64,000 nt of DNA, taken from Rhynchobatus australiae (taxonomy: Eukaryota). The position numbers were made by a program, and so were the translations under genes. Location: positions 10,264,651 through 10,328,650 of the forward strand of contig JAUZTB010000094.1 in assembly GCA_034780895.1 (NCBI GenBank), in the 5' to 3' direction. How positions within the stretch are numbered: position 1 is the stretch's first letter; every line of letters starts with the position of its first letter. The notes under the pieces are model-generated. The model worked only from the letters and a program-made list of their open reading frames with translations. It did not search any database and was not told the DNA's origin. This document shows, one piece after another, positions 13,405 through 26,684 of this stretch.

Positions 13405-13635
13405 CTGCTGGGGAGGCTGTATATAACCCTGAGGCTGAAGCACCTGCTGAGGTGTGGGATGTCCAGATGTTGAATATGGAGGAGCAGAGAGAGACTGCCC
13501 TGGGGAAGCTATGATGTAGCCAGGCTGCTGGGACATCACTGGGGCTTGAAATACAGCAGAGGTAGTCTCAGGAGCTTCGGCAGAACCCTGGCGACTGAGA
13601 GTCATCTGTCCAAATTGGTTGCCAAGATCTTCAGG
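13405..13635 (-). CDS. R3HDM2: R3HDM2 coding exon (231 nt): PEDLGNQFGQMTLSRQGSAEAPETTSAVFQAPVMSQQPGYIIASPGQ...QQVLQPQGYIQPPQQ
   Basis: caaattag|CCTGAAG...CAGCAG|gtacct; phase 0 to 0; FGQM.LSRQGS and PQGY.QPPQQ motifs. Confidence 0.95.
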
Positions 13636-15194
13636 CTAATTTGCACAGAAAAATTGAATTACCCATGATTCATCTTCAGAACTTGAATAATAGATCTGAT
13701 TAAGTAAACTTTCAGACAACAGAAATCTATTATTTTATTTGATCCTTCATTTTCACAAAGCACAAACAACGTTATAAGAACTGAAGTAGTTTATTGATAC
13801 TGGCAATGATACAAATTATGCTAGAATAATAGGCTGATATTCTGCTGCTCCTACATAGTTTCAGTTTAAACACTAATTAGTTTTGTTCTGTGAACTTAAG
13901 TGATGGAATAACTTAATACTGGAGACAGTGAAAAACAAGGTACATTCTATTGAATTTCACTGTATAAGGAGGCCAATCAGCCTACCACACCTGTGCTGAA
14001 CTGTCAAACAAGAAGCTATCCTTAACCCCTCTGCCCTCTCAATACACCCTTGTTCTCTTCTTTTTTCCCCCAATGTTATCCACTTCCCTTTCAGGAGATT
14101 CTTGAAAAATAAACGTGCTAACTTCTTCTCTTGATAACAATCCTATACTTATGTTTACTGATTACCTACATACTGACCAATGAAAATATTTTTCTCAATT
14201 TAGTTCACCTCAACTCTTCATAATTTTAAACCCCCATATCACCCATTTCTCCTGAAAATTGTTCCAGCTCTCTCTGGTCTTTCCTGGCATCTTAAAGTCT
14301 TGGTATCATCCCAGCAAATCTCATTTGCAATATCTTCAAGATCTCAACATTTGTTCTGAAGTGGGATGCCCAAAATTTGACAATCACCTGGAATTTACAA
14401 AGAGTTTTTTCCACAATCTTTTGCCATAAATTTAACAGAACCAACAGACAACTATCATAATGGCTAAAAACAGCTGTTCGTGCTGATTCTACATTAGTTT
14501 AATCTCCCACTGCACTACAAAGAAACTAATGAGTTACACAGATCTAGCATTATGGTATTTATACTTACCCTTATTTATAAAAACTTGGATCAAGTCTGTG
14601 CTTTTACACCTCTATCAACTTGATATCTGACTTTTATGAATTATATATTTGGATTTTAGTGGGTCTACTCCTTTTAAAAGCTTGACCATTTAGTGTCTAT
14701 GTTCTCTTTCTTTCTCTCTCTCAAAATGTTCTCTAAAACAAATATTGCAAGTATAGTTGCAAGATCATTTGAAATAGCATGTCCTGCATGGTAGATAATC
14801 AAGAGATAGGCAGTTATTTTGTACCGAGGTCTCTGTTATGTATTAGTGGTAAAAGGAGAAATGTTGTCAGTAGCACTGCTCATACTAGACAGAACTACTT
14901 CTGGCAATGTTATTTAACACACAAATTCAAGTGGATTCTTCAGTGATCTAACTCCTTTACATAATGCTGGTGTAAACCAGCAAGATTGCACATGTTTTCT
15001 CCACGGTTAGAGAGGGTGCAAAAAAATATTGTAAATGTTGCAGATCAGTGGGATGACATACATCTTCCAATGCCATGCCACAGAAGTAGCACTAATGCAC
15101 CAACTTATTGGTTTAAATTCTGCTTCAGATCATAATGTCACTAACCCTCTTGGAAAAATCCAGTTGTCATTATCAATGTGGGAGCTAGCGACAT

Positions 15195-15510
15195 AGACAG
15201 GACAAAGGAGGTTGTTCTGCGGAAGGAATATGAGCAGCTGGGATCCAAATGAAAAAGAACCACAAAAGGTAATAGTCCTTGGATTAGTACCCAAGCCACC
15301 TGGACTTTGGCAGAGAGGCAATAAAGTCAGAGTTGAATGCGTGGCTCAAGGACTGACACGGGGAAGTGGATTTCTATTCATAGGGCACTGGCACCAATAC
15401 TGGGGAAAGAGGAAGCTGTTCTGTTGCAACAGGCTTCTCTTGAATCAGGCTGGGACTAGTGTCCTAGCTTATGGAATAACTAGGGCTGTAGATGGGCTTT
15501 AAACTAAACA
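15195..15510 (+). mobile_element. CR1 ORF1 SGNH/GDSL esterase-domain fragment
   Basis: KVIVLGLVPKP...GFLFIGHWHQYWGKRKLF..NRLLLNQAGTSVLA..ITRAVDGL resembles the CR1 ORF1 esterase C-terminus (DGLHLN..G...LA). Confidence 0.7.
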
Positions 15511-15529
15511 ATGTGCAGTCTTTTGCTTA

Positions 15530-17640
15530 TTCATTTTTGGGATGCAAGTGTTGCTGGCAATTTATTGCCCATCCTTAAATGCCCTTGAGAAGGTAATGGT
15601 GAGCAGCCACCTTGNNNNNNNNNNNNNNNNNNNNNNNNNNNNNNNNNNNNNNNNNNNNNNNNNNNNNNNNNNNNNNNNNNNNNNNNNNNNNNNNNNNNNN
15701 NNNNNNNNNNNNNNNNNNNNNNNNNNNNNNNNNNNNNNNNNNNNNNNNNNNNNNNNNATGTGATCCCATGCATCTCCTGCCCTGGTCCTTCTTGCTGGTA
15801 GAGGTTGTGGGTTTGGGAAGAGCTGTTACAGTCGCCTAGGTGAGTAACTGCAATCCACTTTACAGGTGGTTCATTCTGCAGATACCATGCATTGGTGACA
15901 GAGGGAGTGAATGTTTAGGGTGGTGGATCGAGTACCAGTCGAGCAGGTTGCTTTGTTCTGGATGGTGTTGAGCTTCTTGAGTTGTAGGTGCAGCATTCAT
16001 TCAGGCAAGGGGAGAATATTCTGTCATGCTCCTGGTTTGTACCTTGCTGATAGCAAAAAAACTTTGGAGCATCAGGAAGCAAGTCATTCGCCACAGGATA
16101 TTCAGTCTCTGACCTGCTCTTGGGAGTCACAGTATTTAAAGCACTGGTCCATTTGAGATGCTGACCAACAGTGACCCCAAGACAGTGATGGTGGGGGATT
16201 TGGCAATGGTAATCCCACTGAACATCAAGGGCAGGTGGTTATCTCTCTAGTCACTGCCTGCCCTGAATAGTACTTGCTAGTCTTCAGCCCATGAAGCAGC
16301 TGAAGATGGTTGGGCCTTGGACACTGCTCTTGCAGGGGTGTCCTGGGGTTAGGATGATTGACTTCCAACAACCATAAGCATCTTCCTTTGTGCGAGCTAC
16401 GACTCCAACCACTGGAGTGCTTTTCCTTTGACACCCATTAACTTTCAGTATTACCAAGGCACCTTAATGTCAAGGTGTGATCACTCCTCTCATCTCTGGA
16501 ATTCAGCTCTTTGATTCATGTTTGGACCAAGGCTGTGAAAGTCCAGAGCCGAGTGGTCTTAGCAAAATCCAAACCAGGCATGTTATTGGGTAAGTGCCAC
16601 TTGATAGCACTGCTGATGACAGCTTCCATCATTCTCCCGATGACTGAGAGTGGACTGCTTGGGAGGTAATGAGCCAGATTGGATTTGCTCTGCTTTCTGT
16701 GAACATAACATACCTGGGCAATTTTCCACAATGTTGGGTAAATGCCAGAGCTGTGCCTGTACTGGAACAGCTTGTCTAGAGACACAGCTGGTTCTGGAGC
16801 ACAGGTCTTCAGTACTACAGCTGGGATGGTGTCTGGTCCTGTGGCCTTTACTATATCCAGTGCTCTCAGCTGTTTCTTGCTATCAATATCTCTGAAGTGA
16901 ATCAAATTGACTGGAGTATGGCTTCTGTGAAGGTGGGGATCTCAGGAGGGAGCAGAGATGGATCATAATTCAGCACTTTGGCTGAACACGGTTGTGAATG
17001 CTTCAGCCTCCTCTCTGGTGCCAAAATGCTGGGCCCCACCATTGATGAAGAAAGGGATGTTCTTGCAGACTCCTCCTCCAGCTAGCTGCTTAATTGACCA
17101 CCACCATTCTCAAACTGATGTGGTGGGACAGCAGAGCCTCAATCTGATGTGTTGGTTGTGGGATCGCTTGGCTCTGTCATAATCTGTTTAGCACATATGT
17201 CCTGTATTGCAGCTTCATTAGCCTGGCACCTTATCCTAGCATGCCCTTCTGAACTTTTCATTGAAGCTGGGTTGATCCCCTGGATTGACAGTGAGGGATA
17301 CGTCGAGCCGTGAGGTTAAACGTTGTGGGGATGGACATTTCTACAGCTCCTCATGGATGCCCAGGTCAGTGCTGGGTCTATCTCAGTTAGCACAATTGTA
17401 ATGCCACATAAAACAATGAAGAGAGTCCTCAACGTGAAGGCAGGACTCTGTCTCCACAAGGACTGTGTGGTAGTCACTTCTACCAATGCTATTCTGGACA
17501 GATGCATCCGTCACAGCTAAAATGATGAGCACAAGGTCAAATAGTTTATACCTGGTTTTGGTTCACTCACTACCTGCTGCAGACCCATTCTGGCAGCTCC
17601 ATCCTTCAGGACTTGTCCAGATTGGTCAGTAGTGGTGAGG
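15530..17640 (-). mobile_element. About 2.1-kb decayed L2/CR1-group LINE with reverse-transcriptase remnants
   Basis: ORF 16516-16905 reads KATGPDTIPAVVLKTCAPEPAVSLDKLFQY..GIYPTLWKIAQV (N-terminal RT region); 3' tail at 15530-15615; frameshifts and stops. Confidence 0.85.
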
Positions 17641-18524
17641 TGCATGCAGGTGAGGGGTGCATGTGGGTGAGATGGCGCAGGATGAGCAGTGATAGAAAGA
17701 GTGGTAGATAGATTCTTGTAAAGGGAAAAGTGGAAAGTTTAAGGGAAAGAGCAAGGAAGTAGTTCAGAGTATTGAAATGGGCGATGATAATCAGATTCTG
17801 TCAGGAAGGGACAGACTATACAAATGTACAAGTTTAGCTCCAATTAAAGTCAGAGCAGGGGGATAAAATGGTTAAAAGACAAAACCAAATGCTTTTTAGC
17901 AGAATGCATGCAGCCTTCATCATGAGGTAGGTGAATTAACAGCAGTCTCATAGTCATTATGGAGAGGTGGTTGCAAAGTGACCACAGTTGATAATTAAAT
18001 ATTCCAGGACACCTAACTTTCAGAAGAAATAGGCAAAATGGAAAAGTGGGGCAGNNNNNNNNNNNNNNNNNNNNNNNNNNNNNNNNNNNNNNNNNNNNNN
18101 NNNNNNNNNNNNNNNNNNNNNNNNNNNNNNNNNNNNNNNNNNNNNNNNNNNNNNNNNNNNNTAGCCACAATTTTGGTGTTTGCACAATATTTAAAGGACA
18201 AGCAGTGTATACAAGTGTTTCCAATTATGATTTTAATATTGTGTTGTAATGCACAAAGGAAAGGAATAATTGGCTCACAAAGAAGCACAGAATGGTGGAT
18301 AGCAATATGGCTATCTGTTACATGCTCAATTTGTTATTCAGCTCTATTGACTTCAAAGGATTGCTACTTAGCTAAGATGAATTTCTAATATGAATGATGT
18401 GAACACATTGATGCAACCAAAAGATGTAAGCAATGAATAGCATGGATCAGTGGTATATGACGCAAGCATAGCCTCTCAAGAACTCTGAAATTAAAACAGA
18501 TTTCTTTGATTTACTTGCTTACTG

Positions 18525-18740
18525 TGGGCAGCACAGTGGTGCAGCAGATGCTGCTGTCTCACATGACCAGGTTCAATCCAGACCTCAGGTACTGACTGTG
18601 TGGAGTTTGCACATTGTCTCCCTGTGACTGCACGAGTCTCCCCTTCCCAAACTCCTGGATGCTGCAGTTTCCTTCCTCATCCCAAAGACATGTGGGTTGG
18701 TGGATTCAATGGGCTGAACAGCCTCCTTCTATGTCATAAC
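18525..18740 (+). mobile_element. tRNA-derived SINE
   Basis: gggcagcacagtggtgcagc...caggttcaatcc...tgtgtggagtttgcacatt. Confidence 0.8.
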
Positions 18741-18759
18741 AAAATATGAGAAATCACAG

Positions 18760-19068
18760 TACAGGGAGGTTGTCTTTCAACTCATGCTGGATCCCAGCAT
18801 TGCAATCCTGAGCCCCATTCCCCTGTAGCACTGCATCCTATTCTCTCTCTCATCTGCCCATCAAGTCCCCTTTAGTTCTTTCCCCACTTTTAGTAATTTA
18901 AAGCAGCCAATTAACCTACCGACACATCTTTTGATGTGGGAGCGAGCCAGAGCACCCAGTAGAAGCCCACATGGTCACAGGGAGAATGTGCAAACTCCAT
19001 GCATGTCAGAATCCGACCAGAGTCCCTGGAGCTGGAAGGCAACAGCACTAACTGTTGTGCCACTGTGT
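18760..19068 (-). mobile_element. tRNA-derived SINE, inverted relative to its neighbour
   Basis: gccaattaaccta...tgtgggag..ccagagcaccc...cagggagaatgtgcaaactcca...gtgccactgtg. Confidence 0.75.
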
Positions 19069-22059
19069 TACTCCAGCACCACTAACTTTTCCTATTTATT
19101 ATTCAGGGTCATTGATGCGAAAGGTTAACCCTGTTTCTCCCTCCACAGATGCTGCCCGACCTCCTGAGCACTTCTAGCAATGTTTTTGTTTCATTTTCCA
19201 GCAACGACAGTTTTTTGCTTTTCTTAGGATCTCATTGAACTCTGTCCAATATTCTAATTTGTGCCAAATTCTTTTTTTGTCTGTCTGTGCCTGATTTTGC
19301 TTAATAACATAGCATAGACATGATTGCTGATATTAATGAACAATGCTTAATATGTTTGTTGTAACATTGTCTAGTTATTTTTATTGTAGAAATTAGTCTA
19401 TTAAAATAAACTGAACAGAGGAATCTTACTCTATTCCATTACATGCTCTTTAGGACCTGTCCAGTATGAAAATATATATGACTCTATGATATTTGTCTCA
19501 AACCTAACCCAACAGAGATCAGAGACTTTACATCAATCTTTGAGCAGAATTGAATTAATGCAATGGAGCAAGTTCTGGGACCACATATAATGCAGGAATA
19601 GGAGCCAATTTTTCATACTTTTGGTCTCCAATGGCACAACAAAATGCAGCTTTTCCAGATCTCAGTACGCTAGACTTACTAATATGCAGAGGAAGTAGAA
19701 TGAAAGAAAATGTCTTTCAATAGGCTGGCTTTAATACTGTAAAGCAGATGTATAAGGAATGTTTCACACTTGGAATACTTCACGTTTTGTTACAATTCAG
19801 CAGAATGTCTGGATCATGTGGAACCTGCTGCCCAACAGGGNNNNNNNNNNNNNNNNNNNNNNNNNNNNNNNNNNNNNNNNNNNNNNNNNNNNNNNNNNNN
19901 NNNNNNNNNNNNNNNNNNNNNNNNNNNNNNNNNNNNNNNNCAGGGTTACTGTGAAAACTTCTCTCAGGAATACTGTTTAATTAATTGGCTAATAAATGAC
20001 ATAGCTGAAGTAAAGACAGAGTTGCTATAACTAACCTCAGAACTTCGGAGTTGGGAAGAGAAACACTGGTCACAATTCTTGCTGCTAACCTAGTGAGCCA
20101 GGCTGAAAGTACAGACATTTGGAATTTGACTGAGGATGGGAATGCTATATCTCACGAGAGTGTTACGTTCATTCTCTGAGGATGAAAAGCATCGCAGCCT
20201 GTGAAAATTTACTAATGGGTACACAATGCAACATAGGAACAACAGGGAACTACTACAAATGTTGTAGCCATAACTCCACCTCACTCCCAAAATGTGTTTT
20301 ATGCAACTTGTGGAATTCAATATTATTGTTAATTTGTTCCACTCATTCCATTTTAAGTACCCTTTAACTCCTTATTTCTGTTAAATACAAAAACTCTGAT
20401 TCATTCTTGTGAATCTAGACTTAAGGGGATGCAATCATGCTCAACTTTATGAATGGTAATTGCGTTGATAAAGACTGCAGTCCTTGTGTCACTATCAGTC
20501 CCAACATTACAGTTGTCTGAAGGGAGGACAGTAATGCTACACCATTAGGATAATCTCCAGAGGACCCAATACAGTTTCATACAATTGCCCTTTAGGCCTT
20601 ATTCTACCTATGCTAGGGGACTGCACCCATACCCCACACTACTGCTGCCAAGTCTGAAGAGCAATTACATGCAAGTTAGAGCCATATTCTTCATGAAGTC
20701 TTTGTTAACAAGTGATGCAGTTGCACACTTGGGTGGAAGTGCTGATTGTAATATTAGATATTCTCTGTAAGCTATCAAGTATCCTCATTCGAATGCATAG
20801 TATTGCACATTCTCTTATGAACTTTTCCCTTGCTTACCAAGATGAGGGATGGTAATAGAGATTAGATCCTGTTTGCTTTAACCTGATCAGAAGCTGAGGA
20901 ACTCTCCTTCAACTTCACTGCAATCTCAAAACTGCTCACCTCGGTGTAATATATTTTGCTCCCACATCAGGTTTATTATGGTCTCNNNNNNNNNNNNNNN
21001 NNNNNNNNNNNNNNNNNNNNNNNNNNNNNAAACTGGAAAAAGACAGCCAAAATCTTTTCACACCAGACTCATTCCTGTATAATTTACGCTGTACTTCAAG
21101 ACCCAACTCCCATGTTACAAGAACTTTCCATGTGCCATTTTTGCAATTAATAGTATTCTTTGAGAAATTATCTAAAAGGTAAACAATAATCAGCCTCACC
21201 ACTTTTTGTTCAAGCTACATTTAAACATGCACACTGGCCTGGCAAATTCATCACCAGTTTCCTCCTCTTTGTAACTATCATGGTAAGAAACACTAATGCT
21301 GTGGACATCAACCACCCCTGGGGAAAGTAGAACACAACTGGATAGAGTAAGAGCTAGATAAAAAAAAATAGTAGGTCAAAGGGCCCTTCAAACCTGTTCT
21401 CCTATTCAAAAGGGTTGTGGCTCATCCTGTACCTCAAGCCCATGTTTCCATCCTATCCCCATATCCCTTTATTCCTAAAGCATTCAAAATTCTATCAATT
21501 ACCTTGAATATACTAACAACTAAAGCCCTCTATAGTAAGGAAAACTTACAAAAGAAACTTCTATCTCAGTCCTAACTGGTTAGTTTCCCTTATCCTAAAA
21601 CTCTGCCCCATAGTTTTAGACACTCCAAACTTAGAAAACAGCCTCTCACCATTCAGCCAGTCAATCTTATAACTTTTGATCAGATCACCTCTCATTCTCC
21701 TGCACTTCACACTCAGCTACACACTCTCTCATTGTGGGACAACCTTCTCATCCCAGGAATCAATCTAGTAAATCTACAGCATACCACCTCCAAGGCTAGT
21801 ATCTGTCCTCAGGTACACAGGCCAAAACTACACACTTGTACACCAGATGTGGTCTTACTAAACCTGTATACAGATACAGGTAGATTTCCTTACACTTGCA
21901 CCCAAAGGCTTTTGTAATAAAAGCCAGCATAATATTCACATTTTTACTACCTGGTGCACTTGCACGTTAACCTTCTGTATTTCTCATACCAGCACTACCA
22001 GTTCTGTGCATACCAAAATTTACCATTTACTTAACACTTAAAAATGTATTGTTTTGCTA

Positions 22060-22991
22060 CTTGTGATGTCACTGGGTAAGGTGCGGACTGTTTAAAAAGA
22101 GGATAGAGAAAAAAAACTTTTGTGAGTTTCAAGTTGGCAGAGGTCGGGACTTTGGGAGAAATACGTTTTTCTTCTTTTTTTGTATCGAGTTTTTTTAAAG
22201 TTTTAATTAAATTTTAATCAGGAATAGTGCGGATTGGACTGCTCAGGTGTGTGACATCACTGGGTAAGGCGCAGGCTGTTTAAAAAGCAGACTGCCCTAT
22301 CCAGCGGGCAGTGTCGGAGTGGACAGTGGAATGAGGGGGAAACGAGTGTTCTGGGCTTTGGCTCAAGGGGCTTCAGCGTGAAGGGGCGAGGAAAGGTGGG
22401 TGACTTGAGTTAAGGAAGCAGTATGAGTTCAGTTTCCTGTACTCAATGTCAGATGTGGGAATTCCTGGAGGGTCCCTGCCTCAGGGAAGGCTACATCTGC
22501 GCCCGGTGTGTCGAGCTGCAGCTCCTTGAGGGACCGTGTTAGGGAACTGGAGATGCAGCTCGATGACCTTCGTCTGGTCAGAGAGAACGAGGAGGTGATA
22601 GAGAGGAGTTATAGGCAGGTGATCATACTGAGACCACCAGAGTCAGGCGAGGTTTGCTAAGACTACTGGGGAAGAGTTTAAACTAGAATTGCTGGGGGGT
22701 GGGATCCGAACTGGAGAAGAGGTGTTTGGCTCTCAAACAGAGAAAGCTAGTAGTAAGTATGATATGCAGGTGATAGAGAAGGGATCTGTTCAGACGGGCT
22801 TGAGATGTGTCTATTTTAACACGAGGAGTATTGTGAACAAGGCGGATAAGCTTAGAGCTTGGATCAATACTTGGAGCTATGATGTGGTGGCCATTACGGA
22901 GACTTGGATGGCTCCGGGACTGGAACGGTTGCTTTAAGTGCCGGATTTTAGATGTTTCAGAAGGGACAGGGAGGGAGGCCAAAGAGGTGGG
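22060..22991 (+). mobile_element. Younger CR1 5' end: 5' UTR, ORF1 (Zn-finger and coiled coil, frameshifted) and start of ORF2 APE endonuclease
   Basis: ATG at 22423: MSSVSCTQCQMWE...YICARCVELQLL/RDRVRELEMQLDDLRLVRENEEVI; then GLRCVYFNTRSIVNKADKLRAWINTWSYDVVAITETW (APE motifs). Confidence 0.85.
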
Positions 22992-23250
22992 NNNNNNNNN
23001 NNNNNNNNNNNNNNNNNNNNNNNNNNNNNNNNNNNNNNNNNNNNNNNNNNNNNNNNNNNNNNNNNNNNNNNNNNNNNNNNNNNNNNNNNNNCCTACAGTT
23101 TTTTGCCCTTTAGCCAACACTCTATCCATGATATCCTGCGAGGTCATATTTTACATAACAACTCTTATTGTGCAGCATCCTCACAAATACTTTTTGAAAA
23201 TCCAGTTTGCCTATATTCACTGGTCTTCTCTTATCTATGCTGGCTGCATC

Positions 23251-23880
23251 TTAGAGTCATAGAGTACGGCCCAACTAGTTCATTCCGAACAAGATTCCCA
23301 TCTAAGCCAGTCCCATTTGCCCGTGTTTCGCCCATACCCCTCTTAATCTTTCTTATCCATGTATCTGTCCAAGTGTCTTTTAAATGTTGTTATTGTACCT
23401 GCCTCACCCACTTCCTCTGGCAGCTCATTCCATTTACACACCACCCTCTGGGTGGAAAAAGTTGCCCCTCAGGTTCCTATTAAATCTTTCTCTTCTCACC
23501 TTAAACCAATGCTCTCTGATTCCCTTTCCCCAGGAAAAAGACTGTATGCATTCATCCTATCTATGCCCCTCATGATTTTATACACCCCTGTAAGGTCACC
23601 CTTCAGTCTCCTACACTCCAAGGAATAAAGCCCAGCTTACCCAACCTCTTCCTATAACTCAGTCCCTCGAGTCCTGACAACTCTTGTAAGTCTTCTCTGC
23701 ACTCCTTCTAGCTTAATGGCATCTTTTTTATAACAGGGTAACCAAAACTGTACATAATGGTCCGGGTGTGGCCTCACTAATGTCTTGTGCAACTGCAACA
23801 TAACATGTCACTCCTTGATTCAGTGCCCTGACTGAAGACCAGCGTGCCAAATGCTTTCACCACCCTGTCTACTTGTGATA
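23251..23880 (-). mobile_element. CR1 LINE 3' fragment
   Basis: tagagtcatagag tail; cctctggcagctcattcca...cctatctatgcccctcatgattttata...tggcctcactaatgtcttg. Confidence 0.85.
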
Positions 23881-26629
23881 CATGATCTTTCTTTCATAAA
23901 ATCATGCTGATTCTACCTAATTACATGATTTTTCTGAGTGCTTCAGCACTTTCCCAATGTCTGATGTCAAACTAATTGTTATATCGTTCCCTATTTTCTC
24001 TCTCCCTCCTTTCATAAATAGCAATCGAACATTTGCTCCCTTCTAATCCGCTGGGACTGTTCCAGGATCTATGGAATTTAAAAAACATTAATCCATCCAT
24101 CCATCATCACCACAGACACCTGTTTTATAGATCCAAGGATGCAGACCATCTGGAGCAGGGGATTTGTCAGCTGTCAGTCTCCTTGATTTCCTAGTAGCTT
24201 CTCATCCAAATTAAATCAATCGTTATCGAACTTGGTGCAAAATTCTATCATATCGGGTGAATTTTTATGAATTGCACCTAACTAAACATAATTTGCTCCC
24301 TAGCCAATCCTATAATGGAAACTGCTCCTGAATGATTCCTTCAAACTACAATTGCCAATTTGATTTGTCCAGTTTGTATGAAGATTAAAGATCACCCCAC
24401 ACCACCCAACCCCCCCCCAACAATTATTGTATCATCTTTGCTACAAACTTATTTCTTGATAAATATTCTCTTCACCAGTGTGGTCATTGTTCAGTGGTCT
24501 ATAAATTATTCCTAATGTGCTTTGCCAGTCTCTGTTATTTCTCATCTCCAACCATAGGAATTCCACTACCGGTTCTTTCAAGCCCAACCATTCTGTTACT
24601 CCTGATATATTACTTTTTAACCAGGACTCCCACTTCTCTCCCCAACTGCCCCCCCCCCATTTTATTTTCCCTCTCCAAATGTCAAATTGCTTGAAATATT
24701 TAGTTTCCAGCCTTGGTCACCATGCAACCACATTTCATTATCAACCTCAGGGCAGCACACCCTACATTATTTTCCACTTTACACAATAACTGCCGTTATG
24801 CTCAATTAAAATGATATTTTAGTACTGAATTAGGGCTGATATGTAGGCAAGATAAAGACAGCTCAGTTATTTCACACAAGACTCTTACATATAAACAGAA
24901 GGTTCTTTTATCCCATCAGTGTGGCCTGGATCTGAACTCCAATCTAGGTTGTAAAGTGAAAGGCTAATGTCTAACCCAGTTCCCTGTACAAGTTTCACAA
25001 CTCATAACCCACCTTTCTGATTTGGATTTACCGACAAAGGGTTATTTTTACTTTAGACATGGTATCACCTGTGAGTGGTTTGTTAGGGTTTACTTTCACT
25101 CATCCAGTATTCTGATTAGAACTTCAGTGACTGAATGAGATCACATTAAACAAACAATAGTACCATCACCTGACTACTTTATCTGGGTCATCTGATTGCT
25201 ATTTACTGAATTTAGAGCACAGGCACAGCAAATTAGTTTGAGAAGCAGCTTCAGGTTCTAATTTGGGATGTGCCAATAATGTATAAATGTTTTCCTTCTG
25301 AACAGCATAAGTCTGTCCTACTACTGATCAACTTGTTAATGCCCATGTAACTGTAACTTGTAAACTTTTATTTTTAACTTTGGCATGCTATGTATTAAAT
25401 GAATCCACGGGGTCCCTCAGCACAGTTACTCACTTCCTCCCCAATAATAAATCCTCATGTTGGAGGCAAGATGCTGAAAGATATCTGCACACCACTCAAT
25501 TCGCTTGTTGCTCAAATTATTTACTTTAAACATTTTCCATGTGACTTTATTCTGTAAATGCACTTTTATGCATTTGAGTTACAATTTGATTGATGACATC
25601 TTGAGATTTTGAAAAAATATCATTCATTACTGCTTAAAAGAAAAAGAACGACAGAAAATCACCACAGAAGACAAGCTGCAGAACTATATACTGGATTAAC
25701 AACTTCTAAAGAAAAAGACTTTTTTTCCTCTTTTTGAAGAAGCTGTTAAGTCATACTGCAGCACCTTACCCAGGTGGCTATCTTTGAGCAGGACTATACA
25801 GAAGATGTTGAAGGAACAAGTTATAGAATGAAAGGTTGGCCTGTATTTACATTTATTCTCCTTCTGATTGAACATCCACACATTTTCCAGCAGGAGTCAC
25901 TCAGGATAGTCATCCAAGGCAAGAAACCTTGCCAATTTTTCCCCTTCCCAGTTTAGGATATTGAATCTATTCCTACAACCTTAACCCTGGCTGAGATTAG
26001 CTTAGAGCAGGAAATGAATCCAGGGCCTTACTTGCCTATGTAACCAAGTACCACGATGGACAGGGCATTTATCTAATGTGCCAGGGTGAGATTTCTATCT
26101 GAGCACATCTGTTATAACGTCAGAATTACTGGTAAATTCATTTCAGTAGTGCAAATGCTGATTCTTTAAAGATACATTTATATGGTTTGCAATATCAATC
26201 ACTAGAACAAGAAATTATTAATGGAGATGTAGGCTTGGGATGATGAGCAGTTGATGAAAGCAGCACAGCAAGGCCCTTTTGCCACATTGCATCTCAGTAG
26301 GTAAACATAACCTATTAGCAATTTCGTACAGCTAGACAGCATTTGAATTTTCATGTAAACATCTCCCCCATATGAAGGCAGCAACTGATTTGGATGTGGG
26401 GGTAGTTTGGATGGTCACTTCTCTTTTCCCACCAAAACAATAAAGGTATAAAAACCAGAAACCATGCTTTCTCAGGAAAGGTCTGCTGGTCCGACCTTCT
26501 GTTTATCACTGGAAGCAGATGGCAGAGGCCATTATATATTCAAACACTTTCTTATGATCCAAATGGTATTCTTTACACAGTCAACCATAATACAACGTTT
26601 GTGAAAGACTTAAGGATAGCACAGAGAAG

Positions 26630-26635
26630 CATGCA
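26630..26635 (-). promoter_or_regulatory. TGCATG (RBFOX-type motif) about 50 nt downstream of the 102-nt exon
   Basis: catgca on the plus strand; function inferred from the known RBFOX positional map. Confidence 0.45.
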
Positions 26636-26684
26636 AATTGACACACACAGGCAAAACTAAACATACAGAACTGATAACATGTAC

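Larger units (their letters stand above)
21370..24780 (-). mobile_element. Old CR1 LINE broken into three pieces (about 21370-22050, 23091-23250, 23880-24780) by younger insertions
   Basis: Degenerate reverse-complement CR1 ORF2/3' UTR sequence progressing from the 3' end towards the RT and endonuclease regions. Confidence 0.55.
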
